From NCBI RefSeq assembly GCF_036321535.1, contig NC_087436.1, forward strand, positions 44,022,001-44,086,000: DNA of 64,000 nt, written 5' to 3'. Positions 1-9,400 of this stretch are shown here, piece after piece. Position 1 is the first letter of the stretch, and each line of letters begins with the position of its first letter. The notes below the pieces were generated by a model. That model saw nothing but the letters and a program-made list of their open reading frames with translations. It had not been told where the DNA came from and searched no databases. Both the position numbers and the translations under genes were made by a program. The DNA is from Camelus dromedarius (taxonomy: Eukaryota).

Positions 1-1809
1 GGGATAAATGCAGAGAGTGAGGGAATAATGGGAATAATGTATGCAATTAAATTTTGGGCATAGGCAAGAAATGATGATAGCCTGGATTAGAGTGTTGTCA
101 ATGAGAGAAGTGGATAGAGTAAAGAAATATTTAGAAGATAAAAATCATCTGGTGTGGGGGATGGACTGGAAAATGAGAGGTGATGGGGAGAAGTGTCAGA
201 ATCTCAATGGGGACATAATACAATAGAAGCAGAAGTCAAGAAAGGAGGTACAAGAGAAAAAAAATAAATGTAGTAAATCCAAGACAGTAAATCCAAGACA
301 TAAGACTTAAGTGCAAGGAGTGAAAAGGATAAAGGACAAAGTGATGTAAGAAGCTAGAAAAGTCCTTTAGGAATATATCAGTATCATATAAAATAAAGCT
401 GAACTGTGGAAAAAATGGTTAAAGTCATACCACATGTGCATTTAACTTCCATGAATATAGCCATATGCCCTGGAGGGAAGGGGGAGGTAAGAAATAATAT
501 GAGCAGCAACCAACCACTGTATTCAAAAGTATGTATATTCAGGTGAGTTAGTTATGGTAAAAGTTGAGCAGCTGAAACCAAGAGGCTCTGGACAATGATT
601 TAAAGAAAACAGAAGTCTATATTCCTTTAAAAAAAAAAATCTAGAGCTCTCCAAAGTCATCCACTGACATTTATTTATACACAATCCTTATGTCTCTGAG
701 AGCTGTCTCTAAATGAACCAAGTTTCTGTATAACCATTCTCCTATTGCAGAATGATGTGAAAGTGGACTCAAATATGTAAAGGATATTAAAGAGGTAGAA
801 AAGGTAGGCTATCATACTCTGCATGATGGTGGCATGTAAAGGAATTTGGAAGAGTTTGAAAGTAATGCAGTATAAAAGTGGAGATTCTTGCATATATATT
901 TATTCATCAGTGTTATCAAGACAGATATTAAGATAATCTTTTATTAAGGATAAAATCATTCTCATCAAGAATAGACTGAAAATGCAGTTTTTTATGCTTC
1001 TATATGTTATTTGCAAAGTAGACAAATATACTTTTATAGAAAAGTGACTTTAGTAAAAGATAACTAAAAAATTCTCACAAATCCTACATCTTCACATTCT
1101 CCTGTATAATATCTGTTAAAGTAAAATAAGTCTTTCCTTGTATTTTGTTTGACATTATAAATAAATAATGAAGAACCATGGTAAATTGTTCCACAGTCTA
1201 TTAAAAATTAAAAGCTTCCCATGACTCTTTTTTTCTGGACAAAAGATTAGAAAGGTTACAAATAGAAGCCTGGAAAAAAACATTACACTGAAGATGACAG
1301 ACACATCATTTTTCAATGAGTATCAAATACTTCAATGAAGGTTTAACTATTCAAATCTCCAGAGATAATCCATCAACAGACTTTCCATGTAGGGACAGCA
1401 GTGACATAGGTGGTAATAATAAAGTAATAATATTTACTGTTAAATAAACTCCTCCCTAATGAAGGTAAACTTACGAAGAATGGATATTCAAAATATATAT
1501 TGAGTTCTTTGGAAGAGGAGGGACAAATCTTCCTGTTAAGCATGTTAAAGACAAAAAATATGGGTTAAAAAGTTAATTGCCTTTTAAGAGGAGCCTGATT
1601 TAGAGGGAACTAGTAACCAGAAGAGACCTCAGAGGTCTTTTAGTCCTCTTATTTATCCTCTGCAAGCTGTAAGCAACATCTCAAATTGCTGACTACCTTC
1701 CTCTTTTAGAAACTGTTGCCACTTACATGTCTATGATTTTGAACTTTTTAATTCTTCTTACTTCCCTGGATACCTGAATGACAGACATAGCTACATATTT
1801 ATATTTAAA

Positions 1810-4080
1810 ATACAACAGTGAATAAAAATTGACCCACGTATCCAACAGGCTTACAGTCTAATGCAGCAGACACACAGGTAAATTAACAACTATGATGCTC
1901 TGAATGGGATATGTCCAAATAAGGGGCATCAAAAATTGGCTAGAGGAGGAGGAATTAGCTAGGTAGTGGAAAGGAATGTTTCAGGGAGCAGTAGCTACCA
2001 AAGTCAAGGGGAAATGAAAAGATCAAGACTGCATATGATAATTCTGTCAACAAATACTTAATAAATATCTACTACATACTAGGCACATAACTTGGAGCTG
2101 GGCATTCAAAAGTAAGCAAAATAGGAATGAACTTCTTCCTTTACACTGAGAGTGGAAAACAGACATTAACCAAATAATTACACTATTTCAGGTATAATTA
2201 TAACTTGAGGAAGTCCTGAGAAGAAAAGGAAGATGGTTCCATCCTGGTGTGAGAATTTATCCCCTGAAGGTAGGAATCAGACTGGGAAAGCTTCTGTGGG
2301 AAACAATCCTTGAGCTGGCATCTAAAAGATGAGTGAGTAGGAGTTGTCTAAGGAAAAAGGGAAAAAATTGATTCAAGGAAGAGTGTGATACAAATGAGGC
2401 AAAAAAAAAAAAAAAAAAAAAAGTAGGCAAAGAATAGATAAGATACTGCAAAGTCTTGAAAGCTACATTAAAGATTTCGGTCTTTATCCTAAAAGTATGG
2501 TAAACCACCAACAGCAAGAATTTTAATCTGCATTTGTATCACAGATTTGCATTTATGATCACGTTTGACTCCAGACTGCAGGATAAACTGAAAAACATCA
2601 GGAATAGATGTGGGTAGACCAGCTGGTAGTCTATCCACTCAGTCAACAAACACTGAGTGCCTACTATGTGCAAGCACACTTTGTGTGTTGGATACATAGG
2701 AATAAATAAATTAAAGTCCTTAACCTCATGAAATTTATACTCTAGTAAGGTGAAATAGGTAACAGACAAGCAAATACTCAGTCTACAAAGTCATGCAGTG
2801 ATAAGTGCTATGAAGGAAAATAAAACAGTGTCAAAGTAATAAATGAGGAAGAATGCTATTTTAACACATGGTATTGTAAATCTAAGCAAGAAATGATGAC
2901 AGCTTGAATAAGGTGACAGTAGTGAGATAAGTGGGTGGAATGAAAAGCTATTTAGGAGGTAAAAAAATATATATGGTTTTGGGGATGGACTAGAAATACT
3001 GGATGATGGGGAACAGTGTCAAAGATGCTTGTAGATTAGTGACTATATGCATGCTACTTAGGGAAAGTATAGTAAGGTAAAAGTCTAGTTAAGTTTTAAA
3101 GGACTATAACATTTAATAGCTGAGGTGAAGAAAATGAACATCCATAAGAAATAGGAAAGATGGATTTAGTTAAGTCCACAAGCCAGGGAGGTAGATGGAA
3201 AGTACAGTGAATGTGAAATTGCAGGAGTTAAGAGAGGAGTCAACAGCATCAAATGCTGCTAAAAGATCAGGTACAGTAAAGACTAATAATACCTACTGGA
3301 TTATGATGGTTATTTTGATGTTATGAGTGGGGGGCAGGAAGGAGAGTAAACATTAGCTTACCTTGAAGACTGAGTGAAAAATGATGAAATGGAGATATCA
3401 AGACCAGACAATTCTTTAAATTGTTAAAGGGAAAAAACTGGAGACAGGTAATAGCTGGAAGGAGATGCAGGAATCTAAGTAAGGTTTAGTGTTTCTTTCT
3501 TTTTGGTTTTCAGATTAGAGAGGCACAGCTCACAAAGGTATTGGCAAGAGGGCAGAGCTACAAATACAGAAGACTGACGGGTCTGTACTAAGACAGGTAG
3601 GATGTACAGGTTGGAAAGAAATGGGACATTCAGAAGGTATAAACTACAAAATCTACAAGTATAATCTACAAAATTGGATTTGAAAGGTGAGTGAAGGGAG
3701 GAGTTTAATATGATTCTCACGTTCATGGCTTTGGTAACTATATATTGTTTTAATACTCACAAAGTAGGGCACAAAGTAGTAAAAATGGCTAGGGCTTAAA
3801 AAAAAGAAAAAAGGAGTAAAGAACTATGAGAAGGAAAGAAAGATGAGCTCAACTTTACGAAGTAAATTTGAGGTTATGTTTGATACTCAAGGGGAAATAC
3901 TCAGTAGGCAGTTAGATATTCAGGGTTCAGACTCAGATGATGGAGCTCATTCGTATGCAGGTAGTAGGTAAAGCCAAATGTTTTCATGCCTTCACCCAGG
4001 GAAAGTACATTAAGGAAGGAAAATAAGGAAGAACAGAGTAAGGTTCAGTACAGAGCTCTGGGGATCCTCTAAGGTATAAC
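1810..4080 (-). mobile_element. Cluster of decayed L2 LINE fragments
   Basis: Reverse-oriented L2 3' ends (caacaaatacttaataaatatctactac ~2048; cactcagtcaacaaacactgagtgcctactatgtcaagcac ~2636) followed by the typical purine-rich L2 body. Confidence 0.7.
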
Positions 4081-4341
4081 ATAGAGTTTTCAAGAAATTC
4101 ATATCCATTTAAGTCTACTAATGTTTTCCATCCTAACTTCTGAAATTTCAAGAGAAACATCTTGTACTTATATATTTCTTAAAGCTGACAAACATGCAGA
4201 AAACCAAACTGAATCTCTCAAATAATGACACTATTGATTACTGTATTTTAGTAATATGTATTATGATAAAATATTTTAAAATTCTTGTTAGTACTCTATA
4301 CAGTCCTTGAGGAGCTCTCAGCCCATAACATGGTATATACC

Positions 4342-4547
4342 AGGAGGCAGGAAACTATGGTCCATGGACCAAATCTGCCCCAATGCCTGTTTCTGTAAAC
4401 AAAGTTTTACTGGAACACATTCACATTTTACATACTGGCTGGCTGTTGCTGCTTTTTTGATAAAATGTTGAGTAGCAACAGAGACCTTATGGCCTGCAAA
4501 GCCTAAAATGTGTATTATTTTTACAGAAAAAGTTTACAATCCTTGCC
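4342..4547 (+). mobile_element. MER58A-like hAT-Charlie DNA transposon
   Basis: aaactatggtccatggaccaaatctgcccc...gtttctgtaaacaaagttttactggaacac...tatggcctgcaaagcctaaaat...tttacagaaaaagttt matches the recalled MER58A consensus. Homologous to the copy at 19485. Confidence 0.8.
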
Positions 4548-5399
4548 ACAAAGTAGATTTAAGCCTGCAGAAAATATTATTTCCTCAGGGAGATAATATT
4601 ATCTCATGGGGTTTGAGCAGGTTTCACAGGGAATATTTAAGGATAATTAAAAGCTCACCAAGAATAGGAAAGAAGAAAAATATCACATATAAAGGCACAG
4701 AACGAGAGAATACTGTATTTCAGGAAAACAGGAACAAGTACAGTCCATCTAGTATGTAGGATATTGGGGATGTGGCAAGTGAAAGAATGGCAGGGAATAC
4801 TTTCACTGATTGACTTCCCCTGCCTATGCTGCCAGGCTCATGTGCACAAGGAGTAAAATCTACAATTTTAAGGCTATACTCTAAAGAAAATATAATTAGA
4901 AAATGCAGTTAAGCTGGTAAAATAGATTAAGTTATCCTGTCAGGAGTCTGAACTCGATACTACTCTGAATTGGAAGGTTATCATTTATCAAAAATTAAAA
5001 TACTAAGGTTTATGAATGCGTTATTTTTTGAAATTAGAATAGATTCGGTGTTTTCCTTTTAATGTTCTGATTTGTATTCTGACATAATTTTCTGAATGAG
5101 AGAACGAAGAGTAAGATCACACACCTTACCCCAATGCAGAACTGCATATAATTCCAAGTATTCAAAAGGACATTATGTTGCCCATTTGAATGTCATGCAA
5201 CTTATCATCTGTCAAAGAAGGGGAAAAAAGGCTGAGCAACCTAGCTGTAGGAAATAGTTTGCAGCTGGAAATCCTTAATCAAGGGAATGTCATGATCTTG
5301 TATGGGTTTTAGAAAGCTTAACTCCACTGACAGGAAGGGAAGATGGCCTGAAGTATAAGAGATATAATAGGTATAACAGTCTAGAAGCCAGTGACCAGC

Positions 5400-6040
5400 G
5401 GACTTGAAAGACAAAGTTTAGAGAAGAAGCACAGAGGAAGGAAACGGGTTCAGTATGTACTAAGGAAAGAAAGAATTGCTGATGAGAGTTGTAGAGGACT
5501 ATAAAGTTTGCAGGATAGAAGACTGAATGGAGCTGTGTTAAGGGAATCCCTAATCATTGATTAGGGAATATATGAAGCAGAGAAAGAAATCTAGAGGGAA
5601 AAATGCACTATTTCAGATATTTATTGGAACACCAATATTAGATATTAGATATTTTAGATAAGTTGACTTGAGGAGCCTTTTAACATTCAAGTGTATCTCT
5701 TCAGTAGGCAACTGAAAATATAGTGCTGAACATTTGAAAAGAGGTTTGCTCAGAAGACATGAGATTTGGAAGTGGTAGTGGTTGAAACCATAGAAATGGA
5801 TGAAATTTCTTCAGGGGTAGGCACAGGTGTGAAGGGAACTAAATAAATAGGAGAAAAGACCGATGAAAATTCCATATTTAATGGGCAGGCAGAGTGAGAA
5901 TAGCCAAGACAGGAACAAGAAAATAAGATAAAAGTGATTGCAGGGGTCAAGTGTATAGTTTCACAAAAAGGAAAACAGCTTATTACACAGAATAAAGAGC
6001 CAAGTTGTTGAGATAAATGCATAAGATCTTCCGGTGACAA
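5400..6040 (-). mobile_element. L2 fragment
   Basis: L2-like motifs (cagtaggcaactgaaaatatag, gagatttggaagt...gttgaaaccatagaaatggatgaaatt). Confidence 0.55.
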
Positions 6041-8519
6041 AGTACAAGATAATGCACTGAGAGATACAGCAGCTAATTGTTCATAATGTTTCTGTTTAAT
6101 AAAATGTTTCTAAGGTATAATAAAAAGCCATGAGATATAAAAACAGTGCTTGGAATATAGGAAGTAATCAATTGTTGGTAGCTATTACTAAAATCATTTT
6201 CACCAGGAAGAAAACAGCAAATCCAGCAACTTTGCTGCTGGAGCCAAAAAGGCCAACAATTTTTAAATATCAAGAAGGATACAAAACATGAAATACCTTT
6301 ATATAAAACTAGAGTACATCTTAACTGGAACCATTGTGTGGAATTATAAGATAAAAAAGGGAATTAAAATACAACACAACAAAACATAATTGGATCTTCA
6401 GTTTGAGAAAGAAAAACTATTGTTAAGGGTCTATGCAAGATTTCTACTACCATCCAAGAAAAAAGGGAAACTGACCAGCAGATGGAGCCCTTCAGAATGT
6501 GAGTAGGCAAAACTCCCTATAGTAAAAAAGGATGACTCATTAGGATGTCTAAATGTTATTCCCTAAAGATACTTAGCTCCCTCTGTTTTAATCACCATAT
6601 AACTTTATTAGTAGCAAAGTTTCTGACATACCTTAACTCTAAGAAAACCCAGGATTCTTTCACTTATGGTCACTACTTTGAAAAATATAAATCACGTCAA
6701 GTTTTTGTGATTGCTCCTAAACTTTTTTGCCCTTAGATGAACTACTAAATATCTAGATCTATACCTGAAAGAAAATCAGAACTACCAGGTGATTACAAAA
6801 AAAAAAGGCAATTACTAAAATGGGAAGTAGAGTTCAATCTTATTTTGTAAGTAACAACTACATTCATCTGTCTCTGTATGTTTATTAGGAGCTCCTAAAA
6901 TGTTAAAATGAATATAAAACAATGAATTAATCAGAAGATTCAACTGGGGAACTTTCAGAACCTATGTTTATGGATTAAAACAAAAGGATGGATATCACTA
7001 TTATATGGTTTTAGATGACAGTGTCCACAACCCAGACTCACATTGTCTCAACAGGACTTGTTTGTTCAAGTTTTGCCCATAACCAGAAGGTACAGATCCA
7101 ACTTTTATGATTTTATGGCATATCTAGAATTAACACCACGATTCACTGATTTTTCCTGTCCCTTCCCTATATTGCCAAGTTCATGTGCTCAGGGTGTAAA
7201 ACCTGTAATTTTAATGCTATACTCTAAGGAAAACATTTTTAATTTGTAAAATCACTGTGAAAAAACAAAACAATACAAAAATCCCACAGATATCAATGTA
7301 CTCCAAAGTCAAATACAAAGGATTTTTACTTACCTAATTTGAGCATAAGACTCTATTTTTACAGTTACCCTACAACACAACTACAAATAAACAAATATAT
7401 TAACAAAGCCAAGGATTTTGTGGCATCTAGTCTGTAGGCAAGCCTATTTACGTAGCTTGACTATATGAGAGCACCCATACACAAAAATTAGAAGTAAATT
7501 AGATGACTCTAGCTTACAAGATAAAACAGCTGTCATGTTCCCCTGTAACAGCCCTTAGGTCAGGGAAACCAAAATACTAAAGTAGGCACAAAATCTTTAA
7601 ATCTTTACTTTTCCATCTGGGACACTTACCTACTTTGTATCAGAGAGGTGGCACAATGCCTGATGACGTAATGAGTGACTCATATATCATAAGAGCTACA
7701 TCACCAAAATATCCAAATGGTAAATCATGTGGCTTCAGTATGTGTATGTTGAACATCTTATTACCTAATGATGTTGGTTAAATGGGACAGATCCTGAAAA
7801 TTTAGCAATCTGTTCCAGAAAGCGCAAAATTAATAAATCTTATTCCTTATAAAAGTGGCTTGGCTCAGATTTTCAATTCTAAGTTTGAATTCCTGGGAGA
7901 TATTTAACAATAACAACAAATCCAATTTCAAAGAAACTTAAGTTTTTCAATACCCTATGAAATAAAAAAGACAAAAACGGAATAATTATAAAATTCTATT
8001 ATTCTATGGATGGTACGAGTAGAAAAATCTTTGCATGTTGGAGAGTTTATCAAGAGTATTGATGCTCAGAAGGACTGATTTCCCTAGCGTTACAGAGCTT
8101 CTGGGTAGCAATCACGGTATGGCATTCCTCTCCAAACTCCAAAAAATCAAGCTGAAAAAGCTACATACTGCTCCTCTTGTTGTAAGCACCAAGAATTTGA
8201 ATGCACACTGGGAAAGGAACCCAGCAGTTTGCAAGTCTCTGTACGCATCAAAGGATTACTGAATGTCTGGGATCTTACTTCACTCCAGCATCCAAATGAC
8301 CTCTACTAAAAAATCTCAGAAACATCACTTTTTGGAGCCAGATTCTCCATCTGCTCTGTCAGAGCCAAAGGGAGGATCAGATACAAGACCTACCATCATC
8401 TTTGGCATTAAACTCAAGCTCAACGTAGGATGTGTTCAGGTTGCTGTGGGTCCTGTTCTACTGCCCATTCGTGGGACAGTGCCCCATGCTTCCTAGAGAT
8501 GATGCCTCCCATGACTCCC

Positions 8520-9400
8520 CTCGTGACAGCGCGCCCGGCGGGAGTTTCGCTTGGAGGCTGTAGGAGCGACACCCCACCCCCTTCTCTAGCTCTCGCCCTG
8601 GGAGGCCCTTCCAGACCAAGGCCTCCACTAGGACCACTCACTCGACGCCTGCTCACCGGTGAGGGTAGCGGGGAGCCCGGCTTCCGCTAAGCCTTTAGGG
8701 GAGTGAAAGGGGTTCCTCGCCAGGGGCAGAATAGGAGGAGCCAGAGGCCGCCGGGCCCCTCCCCCAGTGGGCTTACCCTCCGCCGCCTCCTACACGCTGC
8801 AGCCGCCCCGCTTCCTTGCGGAGAATCCCGAAGCACTGCGTCCAGCAGCAGTTCCCCATTGCATGCCGCCTAGGCGCCGCGCTCCTCCTCCTCCTCCTCC
8901 CGCTCAAAGCCCAAACCGAGGCCCGGCAGCCGCATCCGCGCGGCACGAGCCGAATGGAGGTTCTGGTACCAAGGGCGGGCCGGCAGGAGCGCGGCAGCGT
9001 CAGGAACTGGGGCGACGAGAGGGACAGGCGCCAGGAACAAAGGCAGCGGTTACTCCAGCGGCCGCCGAGTCGCCGCCGCGCCAGTGAGGAGGGCCGGGCT
9101 GCGGGCTCTGGACTCCCTCGCGGTCCTCATGGCCCCTCGCTCGCCTCAGGCCCCTAGCCCAGCTCGAGTGACCGCCTCCTGCCGCTGAAGGAGACCAGTC
9201 CCAGCGAGTCGCCCGCCCAGGCCCCGCCCTCCCGCGCACCTTGGTCTGCGCCTCGCCGCCGACGCCGCCACACCCCCTACCTCTCCCGGGCTCCAATAGG
9301 TCGCTCCCTCGGCCGCTCCGCCTCCTCCGGCGAGCGGCTCTGACGTCAATTCCGGCAGCTCCCGAGTACGAACCCTCTGCCTTGCACGGAGCTTATTTCC
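8520..9400. promoter_or_regulatory. AP1AR: CpG island containing the AP1AR promoter, 5' UTR and exon 1
   Basis: Abrupt very GC- and CpG-rich block in an AT-rich background. GC boxes (GCCCGCCC 9211, GCCCCGCCC 9221), CCAAT 9293-9297, palindromic CRE TGACGTCA 9341-9348, ETS core CCGGAA on the minus strand at 9355-9350. No obvious TATA box. Confidence 0.92.
8777..8859 (-). CDS. AP1AR: First coding exon of AP-1 complex-associated regulatory protein (gadkin); the rest of the gene lies beyond the left edge
   Basis: Minus-strand ATG at 8859 (GCAATGG, strong Kozak) reads MGNCCWTQCFGILRKEAGRLQRVGGGG + GG, then a GTAAG donor at 8776-8772 (83 coding nt, phase 2). This matches the AP1AR N-terminus as recalled (human MGNCCWTQCFGLLRKEAGRLQRVGGGGG). 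It sits in a CpG island and is syntenic with FAM241A. Confidence 0.96.

Larger units (their letters stand above)
1..8776 (-). other. AP1AR: AP1AR intron 1 (partial)
   Basis: Begins at the GT donor at 8776. I found no sequence matching the next AP1AR peptide (SKYFRTCSRGEH..., recalled) before the window edge. Filled with L2 and MER58 remnants. Confidence 0.85.
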
